A DNA stretch of 64,000 nt from Candidatus Woesearchaeota archaeon (GCA_964452525.1 CAYVLZ010000002.1:2392-66391); one strand, 5' to 3'. Positions 53,362 to 61,328 are shown, numbered from the stretch's first letter. Program-made: numbers and translations. Notes: generated by a model not told the origin, from the sequence alone.

Positions 53362-55402
53362 AAAGGTAAAACTACAAAATATCAGAAGCTATAAAAATCA
53401 AGAAATAAGCTTTCCAGAAGGATCCATACTACTAAGTGGAGATATAGGCTCAGGTAAAAGTACAATCTTATTAGCAATAGACTTCGCTTTATTTGGCTTA
53501 AGAAGAGGAATATTGTCAGGTTCTTCTTTACTAAGAAACGGCACAGACAGAGGCGGTGTAGAATTACATTTCAATATTTCCAATAAAGACGTTGTAATAA
53601 AGAGAACTCTAAAAAGAGAAAAAAGTGTAACTCAAGATTCTGGTTTTGTGATGATTAATGAGAATAAAAAGGAAGGTACCGCAACAGAAATCAAACAGCT
53701 AGCTCTTAATTTATTAAATTATCCTAAAGATCTACTAACTAAAAATAAAGATTTAATCTACTCCTACACTGTCTACACCCCGCAAGAAGAAATGAAACAC
53801 ATACTATTAACAGATAAAGAAACTAGATTAGACATCCTAAGAAAAATCTTTGGAATAGATAAATACAAAAGAATCAATGATAATTCCAAAATATTCTTAA
53901 CAAAAGTAAGAGAAAAGAAAAAAGAATTCTCAGGAATGATCTCAGACTTAGAAAATAAGAAACAAGAAAAACAAGAAAAGCAATCAAAAATAGAAGATCT
54001 AAACAAAAAACTACTTTCCTTAAAAGAAAGCCTAGAAAATCTAGATAAGAAAATCTCAGATAAAACTTCGTTATTTGAAAGAACAGAATCAGAAATATCT
54101 AAACTAAATGAGTTAAAAAAACAGTTAGAATTAACTACTCTAGATTTAAAACATAAGAAAGATTCTTTACAAAGAAACCAGCCAGAGATGGAAAATCTAA
54201 GATCTTCTATAAACATATTAAAAGAAGAAGTTAAAGATGTCCCTGAAGAGAATATCAAAGAAGAGATCTCAAATAAAGAATCTAAATTAAGAGAAGCTGA
54301 AAAAGAGCTTGAGGAAATAACAAAAAAAGTCCAGGAATATGAAATTATTAAAAACCAATCAGAAGATCTAAAAGACAAAATATCCAAACTAGATATCTGT
54401 CCGGTATGTAAACAAACAGTAACTCAAGAACACAAACATTCTATTAACTATGAAGAAGATAAAAAACTACAAGAAATATCCAAAAACTCAATGCTATCAA
54501 AACAAAAACAATTAAAATCCGGAGAAGAAGTCACTAAATTAAGAGAAAAACTGGATTCTCTAAGAAAACAAGAACAACAGATTTCTCTATTCAAGATTAA
54601 ACAAGAAAACCTAAAAGAAAAAACAGAAAAATTAGATTCTTTATTAAAACAACAAGCAACACTCGGAGAGGAAATAGAAGACTTAGATTCCAAAAAAACC
54701 GAAATATCAAGTAACTTAGACAAATATAAGGATACAGAATCCATACACAACACTATAAAAGAAGAACTCGAAAATCTACAAAAACAGAAAAAAGATCTAG
54801 AAATAGAAGCAGCAACATTCAACAGAGAATTAAAAGATACTAAAGACTTCCTAGAAACAATAGATAAAGAAATTCAAAAAAAATTAGACATAAAAAATAA
54901 AATAGAAAAGCTAGATTCAACTCAAAACTTGATTCAAGAAATTTTTAACAATTTAATGACAAACATGGAAAAACAGATTATGCTTAAAGTCCACAGTGAT
55001 TTTGATTCTCTATTTCAAAAATGGTTCGGGATTTTGGTGGAAACTGAAGCATTAAAGATAAGATTAGATCACGATTTCACCCCCCTAATAGAGCAGAATG
55101 GTTATGATATCGATTATCTGCATTTGAGCGGCGGAGAGAAAACAGCAGCAGCTCTTGCTTATAGACTAGCCCTAAATCAAGTAATTAATAACTTAATGAG
55201 TACAATAGAGACTAAAGATTTATTGATATTAGATGAGCCCACAGATGGTTTCTCAGACGAGCAAATAGACAGAATCAAATTAGTTCTAGACGAATTAAAG
55301 ATTCAGCAGGTAGTCATAGTTAGTCATGAAAGTAAGATAGAAAGCTTCGTAGACAGCATAATCAAAATAAATAAAAACAACCATATCAGTGCAGTATCAT
55401 GA
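53351..55402 (+). CDS. rad50: DNA double-strand-break repair ATPase Rad50 (short coiled coil, 683 aa)
   Basis: Walker A GDIGSGKST. Long K/E coiled coil. Zinc hook CPVC (54398..54409). Signature LSGGEKTAAALAYRLAL. Walker B LLILDEPT. VIVSHE. Confidence 0.9.
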   Translation: MLLKKVKLQNIRSYKNQEISFPEGSILLSGDIGSGKSTILLAIDFALFGLRRGILSGSSLLRNGTDRGGVELHFNISNKDVVIKRTLKREKSVTQDSGFVMINENKKEGTATEIKQLALNLLNYPKDLLTKNKDLIYSYTVYTPQEEMKHILLTDKETRLDILRKIFGIDKYKRINDNSKIFLTKVREKKKEFSGMISDLENKKQEKQEKQSKIEDLNKKLLSLKESLENLDKKISDKTSLFERTESEISKLNELKKQLELTTLDLKHKKDSLQRNQPEMENLRSSINILKEEVKDVPEENIKEEISNKESKLREAEKELEEITKKVQEYEIIKNQSEDLKDKISKLDICPVCKQTVTQEHKHSINYEEDKKLQEISKNSMLSKQKQLKSGEEVTKLREKLDSLRKQEQQISLFKIKQENLKEKTEKLDSLLKQQATLGEEIEDLDSKKTEISSNLDKYKDTESIHNTIKEELENLQKQKKDLEIEAATFNRELKDTKDFLETIDKEIQKKLDIKNKIEKLDSTQNLIQEIFNNLMTNMEKQIMLKVHSDFDSLFQKWFGILVETEALKIRLDHDFTPLIEQNGYDIDYLHLSGGEKTAAALAYRLALNQVINNLMSTIETKDLLILDEPTDGFSDEQIDRIKLVLDELKIQQVVIVSHESKIESFVDSIIKINKNNHISAVS

Positions 55403-55944
55403 CAAAACATATAAAGTTCAAAAACCTCAGAAAAACAATAACTAAAAAAATTAAATCCGGTTCTATATTCATTTACCCTACAGACACAATTTATGGCTTA
55501 GGTTGTAATGCTTTAAACTCAGAAAGTGTCTCTAAGATAAGAGCAATTAAAAGAACTACTAAACCTTTTAGTGTAATAGCTCCAAGTAAACAATGGATAT
55601 ACAGAAATTTTAAAGTAAAGAATAAAAATTATATTAGGAAATTACCAGGTTCTTTTACTTTTGTTCTTGAATCTAAAAAGAGAAATATTGTAAGCAAAGA
55701 AACAAACCTAAATCTTAAGACTCTAGGAATAAGAATCCCAAAACACGATTTTACTAAGTTCATCAAAGTACCTTTCATTACTACTTCCGTAAATCTCACA
55801 GGAAACAAACCAATTATAAGTGTTAAAAAAGTTCCTAAAAAAATTCTTAAAGAAGTAGATATTGTAATTGATGATGGAATCTTAGACAACAAACCTTCTA
55901 CAGTAATAGATCTAACAGAAAAAATACCAAAGATTCTCAGATAG
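55399..55944 (+). CDS. tsaC: L-threonylcarbamoyladenylate synthase, YrdC-domain only
   Basis: IFIYPTDTIYGLGCNA, KRTTKPFSVI, TTSVNLTG. Confidence 0.8.
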   Translation: MTKHIKFKNLRKTITKKIKSGSIFIYPTDTIYGLGCNALNSESVSKIRAIKRTTKPFSVIAPSKQWIYRNFKVKNKNYIRKLPGSFTFVLESKKRNIVSKETNLNLKTLGIRIPKHDFTKFIKVPFITTSVNLTGNKPIISVKKVPKKILKEVDIVIDDGILDNKPSTVIDLTEKIPKILR

Positions 55945-56016
55945 GGGTTATAGGGTAACTTGGTATCCTTCAGCCATGGGGTGGCTGCGATCTGGGTTCA
56001 AATCCCAGTAACCCCC
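55944..56016 (+). tRNA. tRNA-Pro (GGG), no intron
   Basis: Acceptor ggggtta/taacccc, anticodon arm cagcc-atGGGgt-ggctg with G37, T arm ctggg-ttcaaat-cccag. Two nt lie between the D and anticodon stems. The first base overlaps the tsaC stop codon. Confidence 0.75.
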
Positions 56017-56033
56017 TAAAATTAGAATTAATC

Positions 56034-56050
56034 TAAAAAAAGAAAAAACA
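56034..56050 (-). terminator. Oligo-T tract (minus strand) downstream of the micro-ORF pair
   Basis: The reverse complement reads ttgttttttcttttttt. Confidence 0.35.
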
Positions 56051-56079
56051 AAGTTAGAATCAGATATTAAAAATATCAA

Positions 56080-56133
56080 TTATCTCCTTCTTCTTTTTGC
56101 AGTAGTTTTTTTAGCTTTTCTTCTTGCCGCCAA
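56080..56133 (-). CDS. Candidate 17-aa Lys/Arg-rich micropeptide (TTG start)
   Basis: (M)AARRKAKKTTAKRRRR. The SD aaggagg lies 8 nt upstream of the TTG. Confidence 0.25.
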   Translation of the reverse strand: MAARRKAKKTTAKRRRR

Positions 56134-56160
56134 ACTAATCGCCTCCTTTTTTAATCAACA

Positions 56161-56235
56161 TCACCATTCCACGTCGTCTTCATCAAAGTCGCTATAGTCT
56201 TCTTCTTCAAGACTGAACTTTTTCCATTCGTCCAT
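56161..56235 (-). CDS. Candidate 24-aa acidic micropeptide
   Basis: MDEWKKFSLEEEDYSDFDEDDVEW. The SD taggaggt lies 6 nt upstream of the ATG. A TATA-like tttttata (rc of 56288..56295) sits about 55 nt upstream. Confidence 0.3.
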   Translation of the reverse strand: MDEWKKFSLEEEDYSDFDEDDVEW

Positions 56236-56371
56236 TTTTCGACCTCCTATGAAAACCTAGACTGGTTAAGATATCAGGTTATTGAACTATAAAAACCTTT
56301 TGATTTAATATACATTGTTTTCTACCATGACATATATCACGATACTATGCATGTTTTAGTATAAAGATAAA

Positions 56372-56379
56372 TTTAAATA
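56372..56379 (+). promoter_or_regulatory. TATA box (aaaTTTAAATA) for tRNA-Tyr
   Basis: Lies 31 nt upstream of the tRNA 5' end at 56403. Confidence 0.5.
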
Positions 56380-56402
56380 TGAATAATTATCACATTAGTT
56401 AA

Positions 56403-56553
56403 CCCACCATAGCTCAAATCAATCTTCCGAAACGGAGGTGAGAGCAGCGGCAGAGTGTTCGGCTGTAGATACTATTCGACAAAGCAAATTGCTATGGATG
56501 AAAAATAGTCAGCTGATCCCGAAAGGTTCCCGGTTCAAATCCGGGTGGTGGGA
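56403..56553 (+). tRNA. tRNA-Tyr (GUA) with two introns (about 29 nt in the D-loop; 49 nt at or next to the canonical anticodon-loop site)
   Basis: Acceptor cccacca/tggtggg with the C1-G72 pair typical of archaeal tRNA-Tyr. D stem gctc(56412-15)/gagt(56453-56). Anticodon stem ttcgg(56458-62)/ccgaa(56519-23). Loop ctGTAga. T arm cccgg-ttcaaat-ccggg. Total 151 nt, 73 nt after removing 78 nt. Confidence 0.75.
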
Positions 56554-56939
56554 TTCTTTTCTTCAATGGTACAACCAATATCTTCTCTACTTAGCTTATC
56601 AATGAACCCTCTACAAATTCTAGCAAGATCTGAGATAGAATCACCTACCACCTCCTCAATCAGATCTTCGCCTTTAGAAGTCAAGAACATATATATTTCA
56701 TGAGGCAAATTTAAAACAACTCCAGACCCAGATTCAGAAATATAACCTATATCAAATTTCTTATTTCCTGCAATAGCCTGTATACAAAAATATCCATTTT
56801 CTATACTATCCGGACGATAATCAAGATGTTCTTCGTCATAAACAATCCTATGAATTCTATCAAGATTAGTAACCTCGGTTATGTAAGATTCAATAACCCT
56901 ATCAAATCCGGCAAGAAGTTCATCAACATCCATCTTCAT
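56535..56939 (-). CDS. Hypothetical protein
   Basis: ATG at 56939 or 56933 with a palindromic TATA box (56958..56965) upstream. Its 3' end overlaps the tRNA-Tyr 3' end by 19 nt on the opposite strand. No family recognised. Confidence 0.45.
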   Translation of the reverse strand: MKMDVDELLAGFDRVIESYITEVTNLDRIHRIVYDEEHLDYRPDSIENGYFCIQAIAGNKKFDIGYISESGSGVVLNLPHEIYMFLTSKGEDLIEEVVGDSISDLARICRGFIDKLSREDIGCTIEEKNPTTRI

Positions 56940-56985
56940 ACAAACAGATACCAAAAATTTATAAAGTTTTCATATAAAACAAATG

Positions 56986-56993
56986 TTTATAAA
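56986..56993 (+). promoter_or_regulatory. TATA box (aatgTTTATAAA) for tRNA-Asp
   Basis: Lies 31 nt upstream of the tRNA 5' end at 57017. Confidence 0.5.
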
Positions 56994-57016
56994 TTGAAAT
57001 AAATTTTAATTCACAT

Positions 57017-57134
57017 GCCCCAGTAGTGTAGTGGTTATATTAGATTGCTTAAAAGCGTCTGAGATCAACATTCGGCCCTGTCGTATTTTCAATGCAGCAA
57101 GGCCGCGACCCGAGTTCAACTCTCGGCTGGGGCG
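57017..57134 (+). tRNA. tRNA-Asp (GUC) with two introns (about 29 nt at the D-loop/D-stem junction, approx 57039..57067; 16 nt at canonical 37/38, 57084..57099)
   Basis: Acceptor gccccag/ctggggc, discriminator g. D stem gtgt(57026-29)/acat(57068-71). Anticodon stem cggcc(57073-77)/ggccg(57101-05). Loop ctGTCg...a. 4-nt variable loop cgac. T arm ccgag-ttcaact-ctcgg. Total 118 nt, about 73 nt mature. Confidence 0.75.
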
Positions 57135-57165
57135 TATTACCTTTCTGTACATTAAACGCATAACC

Positions 57166-57173
57166 TTTAAATA
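57166..57173 (+). promoter_or_regulatory. TATA box (aaccTTTAAATA) for 57199 CDS
   Basis: Lies 33 nt upstream of the GTG at 57199. Confidence 0.4.
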
Positions 57174-57198
57174 GTTCTATTCCAAGAAGATTAAGAAA

Positions 57199-57486
57199 GT
57201 GAACGATCTTTTAACATTAATATTACTTGTAATCTTAAATTTGATAAATTATGTTACAATGTTTTATTATATTAAGGATAACAAACCAAGATTATATAAG
57301 GAGATCTTTAATGAAATTAAAACTCCCTTTGGTCTACAAAGATTACAACGCACCCATGTTAAAAGAGCTGCATGGTGTTTTATAAATTGGTTTTTAACAA
57401 TCCATAAAGAAGATGATTTAAGAACAGTAGTACAAAAATATCTATATGTAATCCTTTTAGTCGCAAGTTTAATTTTAATATTCTAA
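57199..57486 (+). CDS. Hypothetical two-TM membrane protein (GTG start)
   Basis: 95 aa with hydrophobic N- and C-terminal segments. A TATA box lies at the leaderless spacing. Confidence 0.4.
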   Translation: MNDLLTLILLVILNLINYVTMFYYIKDNKPRLYKEIFNEIKTPFGLQRLQRTHVKRAAWCFINWFLTIHKEDDLRTVVQKYLYVILLVASLILIF

Positions 57487-57624
57487 TATTCTATAAAAAC
57501 ATAATAGAGTCTTAAAACAAAAGCTTTATATATAACTTGTCTTGGTAGTAAAAACATGCGTCTCTGGGTATCATCTATTAAATTTTTATAATACTAAGAG
57601 ATAGCTCTATAATGTTCCAAAAAT

Positions 57625-57783
57625 GGGCCGATAGCTCAGCTTGGTAGAGCACTTGAAATTCAAGTAATAAGTCATAAATGATATTGTAAGAACAATGTTC
57701 TTATTGGTGAAGCTTTTAACCAAGTGGTCGCGGGTTCAAAATGTTTAAGGAAGCTCCTTGACTTGATATTCCCGTTCGGCCCA
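57625..57783 (+). tRNA. tRNA-Lys (UUU) with two non-canonical introns (56 nt in the anticodon stem at 30/31, 57656..57711; 29 nt in the T-loop at about 59/60, 57741..57769)
   Basis: Acceptor gggccga/tcggccc. D arm gctc-agcttggta-gagc. Anticodon stem cttg+g / ccaag. Loop ctTTTaa. T stem gcggg/cccgt. T loop ttcaaa+t. Total 159 nt, exactly 74 nt after removing 85 nt. Confidence 0.75.
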
Positions 57784-57797
57784 TTCAATCAAAGAAA

Positions 57798-58040
57798 ATG
57801 GCAGAAGAATTTGATATTTTAAAACACAGTCTCGTCCCAAAACACATAAAATTGAGTGAAGAGGAAAAGAAAAAATTTCTTGAAGAACTTAACATAAATT
57901 TAACACAATTACCAAAAATACGAAAAAAAGATCCAGCTATAAAAAACCTAGAGTCAAAAACTGGGGACGTAATTAAAATAATTAGAAATAGTCCAACAAA
58001 TGTAGAGAGTATATTCTACAGGGTAGTCGTACATGGTTAA
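57798..58040 (+). CDS. rpoH: DNA-directed RNA polymerase subunit H (Rpb5)
   Basis: HSLVPKHIKLSEEEKKKFLEELNI...LPKI...DPAIK...GDVIKIIRNSPT...IFYRVV. Confidence 0.9.
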   Translation: MAEEFDILKHSLVPKHIKLSEEEKKKFLEELNINLTQLPKIRKKDPAIKNLESKTGDVIKIIRNSPTNVESIFYRVVVHG

Positions 58041-59523
58041 AAGTTATAAAGAATTAATAGGAAATTATTTTGAAGAGCATTCTTTCGTAGAGTCCAATAT
58101 AAGAAGTTTCAACAACTTTATAGAAAAAGGAATGCAAAAAATAGTTAATGAAACTGGAGACATTATTCCAACAGTCATACCCCAGGAAGTAGAGAACTTC
58201 AAAATAAAGATGGGCAAGGTTAAAATAGACAAGCCCCAAATCGTAGAAGCAGATGGAAGTAAAAGAGATATTTACCCGATAGAAGCTAGATTAAGGCAAT
58301 TAACTTATTCTTCTCCAATACACCTAGAATTCTCAACCTACATAGACAATGTTCACAGAGAAAACTTCATCACCCCCGTAGGCAAGTTACCTATAATGGT
58401 TAAAAGTAAGTACTGTCATTTGCATGGATTGAAGAAAGATGCTTTAATCTCCCGTGGAGAAGATCCAGAAGACCACGGAGGTTATTTTGTTCTTAATGGA
58501 AATGAAAGAGCACTTGTTATAATAGAAGACTTAGCTTCTAATAAATTATTCATAGAAAAAAATGCTACAGGTCCAAGCAAATATAGTGCAAAGGTATTCT
58601 CTGAAAGAGGTAGTTATAGAATCCCACATTTATTAGAACAAATGCGTGACGGAATTATTTACGCTAGTTTTACAAGATTCAGAAGAGTTCCTATAATCCC
58701 GATAATAAAAGCTCTTGGAATAGTAAAAGATCAAGATATTATGAATTTCATTAACCCAGATAAACAATATGATGATGTATTTGTAAATCTATACAATTTT
58801 GTAGATATAAAAACAGAAAAAGATGCTCTTGAATTCTTATCAAGAAAAATTGGAATCACACAGCCAAAAGACCAAAAATTACAAAGGACAAGAGAACAAC
58901 TAGATCGTTATTTATTACCCCATCTTGGAGTAGAGCCAAAAGATAGAGTACTAAAAGCTTATAATTTATGTAAGATAATTAAAAGATTCTTAATGGTAAC
59001 GAGAGACGGACTTACACAAATGCCAAAAGATCACTACATGAACAAAAGACTCAAACTTAGCGGAGATTTATTAGAAGATTTATTCAGAATAACTTTAAGA
59101 AGTCTTGTACAGGATATGCTTTACAACTTCCAAAGATTAGTTAAAAGAGGAAAATTCCAATCTATTAAGATCATTATAAGAGATCAACTAGTTACATCAA
59201 AAATTAAAAGTGCAATGGCAACGGGGACCTGGATAGGGGGAAGAAAAGGTATAAGCCAAAACTTACAAAGAACTAACTCTTTAGATACAACATCCCATTT
59301 ACAAAGGGTAGTTAGTTTATTAACCTCCACACAAGAAAACTTTGAAGCCAGAGCTTTACATCCAACAATGTGGGGGAAACTATGTCCTATAGAAACTCCA
59401 GAGGGTACTCCAATAGGGCTTAGAAAAAATCTTGCTTTACTCTGTAATATTACTCAGACTGAGCCTTCAGAAGACAAGGTAAAAAAAGTATTAGAAAGCA
59501 ATGGGTTAAAGATAATGGACTAA
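58033..59523 (+). CDS. rpoB2: DNA-directed RNA polymerase subunit B'' (N-terminal half of split B)
   Basis: Rpb2 N-terminal motifs: ARLRQLTYSSPI, GGYFVLNGNERALV, HPTMWGKLCPIETPEGTPIGLRKNLA. Confidence 0.95.
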   Translation: MVKSYKELIGNYFEEHSFVESNIRSFNNFIEKGMQKIVNETGDIIPTVIPQEVENFKIKMGKVKIDKPQIVEADGSKRDIYPIEARLRQLTYSSPIHLEFSTYIDNVHRENFITPVGKLPIMVKSKYCHLHGLKKDALISRGEDPEDHGGYFVLNGNERALVIIEDLASNKLFIEKNATGPSKYSAKVFSERGSYRIPHLLEQMRDGIIYASFTRFRRVPIIPIIKALGIVKDQDIMNFINPDKQYDDVFVNLYNFVDIKTEKDALEFLSRKIGITQPKDQKLQRTREQLDRYLLPHLGVEPKDRVLKAYNLCKIIKRFLMVTRDGLTQMPKDHYMNKRLKLSGDLLEDLFRITLRSLVQDMLYNFQRLVKRGKFQSIKIIIRDQLVTSKIKSAMATGTWIGGRKGISQNLQRTNSLDTTSHLQRVVSLLTSTQENFEARALHPTMWGKLCPIETPEGTPIGLRKNLALLCNITQTEPSEDKVKKVLESNGLKIMD

Positions 59524-59524
59524 A

Positions 59525-61327
59525 ATGGGGGATGTTTATTTAAATGAAAAATTCATTGGAACTGTAGAAGATGCAAAGAAATTTGTAGATAAGCTTAGAT
59601 CTGAGAGAAGAAAAGGAGACGTTACCCCTTTAATTAATGTCTTCTACGACGAAGAATTTAATGAAATCTATTTAGAGTCTACAAAAGGAAGAGCCAGAAG
59701 ACCCTTAATAATTGTAGAGGACGGAAAAAGTAAATTAACAGAAGATATCCAGGAAAGATTAAAGAAGAAAGAACTAACATGGGAAGACCTATCTAAACAA
59801 GGAATAATAGAATATCTAGATTCTTCTGAAGAAGAAAATGCTTTAGTTGCTTTAAATGAAGAAGATATCACCAAAGAACATACACATTTAGAAATAAGTC
59901 CAGTTCTAATTCTCGGTTTATGTACTAGCTTAATACCTTACAGTAATCATGGTAGCAGCTCAAGGTTAATTAGAGGTAGTAAAATCCAGAAGCAAGCTCT
60001 AGGATTGTATGCAGCTAATTTCTTAACGAGAATAGATACAGAATCAAGTATATTACATTATCCTCATAAACCAATTGTTAATACGTTTATGCACGATGTC
60101 TATGGTTACGATAAAAATCCTTCTGGACAAAACGTTGTCATTGCTTTGTTAAGTTATGAAGGTTATAACATGCAGGACGCAATTGTAATTAATAAAGCCA
60201 GTGTAGAAAGGGGCTTTGGAAGAAGTACTTTCTTCCGTCCTTATGTTGCAGAGGAATTGAGATACAGCGGAGGATTAATGGATGAAATTTCAGTACCTGC
60301 AAAAGATGTTAAAGGTTATAAGTCTGAAAGAGATTATAGACACCTAGAAAAAGATGGAATAGTCTACTCAGAAGCGAAAGTATCCACTGATGATGTTTTA
60401 ATAGGAAAAACAAGTCCTCCTCGTTTTCTAGGAGACTTGGAAGAGATGAGTATTGCAGCAAATGTTAGAAGAGAGTCTTCAACAATAGTAAAGCACGGAG
60501 AAGAAGGTATCGTTGACACGACTTTTGTAACTGAAAATGAAGAGGGAAACAAATTAGTTCAAGTAAGATTAAGAACTCCAAGAATACCTGAAATAGGCGA
60601 TAAATTTGCTTCTAGACATGGACAGAAGGGAGTCATTGGGTTAATAGTCCCTCAAGAAAATATGCCTTTTTCTGTCTCCGGAATTGTTCCGGATTTAATA
60701 TTCTCTCCACACGGTATCCCAAGTAGAATGACGATTTCTCATCTAATTGAAATCATAGCTGGGAAAGTTGGATGCCTATCCGGAAAAAATATAGACGGCA
60801 CTACATTTGATTCAGTTCCAGAGCAAGAAATAAGAAAACAACTAACTGAACTAGGATTCAGAGAAGATGGAACAGAAACATTATACAACGGGATAACTGG
60901 AGAAAAATTCAAAGCCAGAATATTCATAGGAAATATGTTTTATTTAAAACTAAAACACATGGTAGCAAATAAATTACATGCTAGAGCCAGTGGTAGAATT
61001 CAATTATTAACAAGACAACCAATAGAAGGAAGAGCAAAAGGCGGTGGCCTAAGATTAGGAGAGATGGAAAAAGATTGTCTAGTAGCTCATGGTACAAGTA
61101 TGTTATTGAAGGAAAGGTTTGATTCAGATAAAACTGTCGTTCACGTCTGTGAAAGCTGTGGATTGATAACAGGATATGATTATTTCAAAAATAAACCTAC
61201 TTGTTTAAGATGCGGATCTAGTGCAGAAATATCCGGAATAGAAATAAGTTACGCTTTTAAATTATTATTAGACGAGGTAAAAAGCCTGGGAATATATCCC
61301 AAATTATTATTAAAAGGTAAATACTAA
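59525..61327 (+). CDS. rpoB1: DNA-directed RNA polymerase subunit B' (C-terminal half of split B)
   Basis: GYNMQDAIVINKASVERGF, GDKFASRHGQKGV, PDLIFSPHGIPSRMT, GGLRLGEMEKDCLVAHG, C-terminal zinc ribbon CESCG...CLRCG. Confidence 0.95.
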   Translation: MGDVYLNEKFIGTVEDAKKFVDKLRSERRKGDVTPLINVFYDEEFNEIYLESTKGRARRPLIIVEDGKSKLTEDIQERLKKKELTWEDLSKQGIIEYLDSSEEENALVALNEEDITKEHTHLEISPVLILGLCTSLIPYSNHGSSSRLIRGSKIQKQALGLYAANFLTRIDTESSILHYPHKPIVNTFMHDVYGYDKNPSGQNVVIALLSYEGYNMQDAIVINKASVERGFGRSTFFRPYVAEELRYSGGLMDEISVPAKDVKGYKSERDYRHLEKDGIVYSEAKVSTDDVLIGKTSPPRFLGDLEEMSIAANVRRESSTIVKHGEEGIVDTTFVTENEEGNKLVQVRLRTPRIPEIGDKFASRHGQKGVIGLIVPQENMPFSVSGIVPDLIFSPHGIPSRMTISHLIEIIAGKVGCLSGKNIDGTTFDSVPEQEIRKQLTELGFREDGTETLYNGITGEKFKARIFIGNMFYLKLKHMVANKLHARASGRIQLLTRQPIEGRAKGGGLRLGEMEKDCLVAHGTSMLLKERFDSDKTVVHVCESCGLITGYDYFKNKPTCLRCGSSAEISGIEISYAFKLLLDEVKSLGIYPKLLLKGKY

Positions 61328-61328
61328 A

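Noticed and set aside
53773-54822. Minus-strand ORFs of 204 and 124 aa inside rad50
   Set aside because: They are antisense to the GAA/AAA-rich coiled-coil region. The translations are S/F/L-rich repeats. They are shadow ORFs.
57556-57591. 11-codon ORF (MRLWVSSIKFL) 31 nt downstream of the first T of the TATA box at 57525..57532
   Set aside because: It is too short to evaluate and has no SD. The region is more simply the upstream leader and promoter zone of tRNA-Lys.
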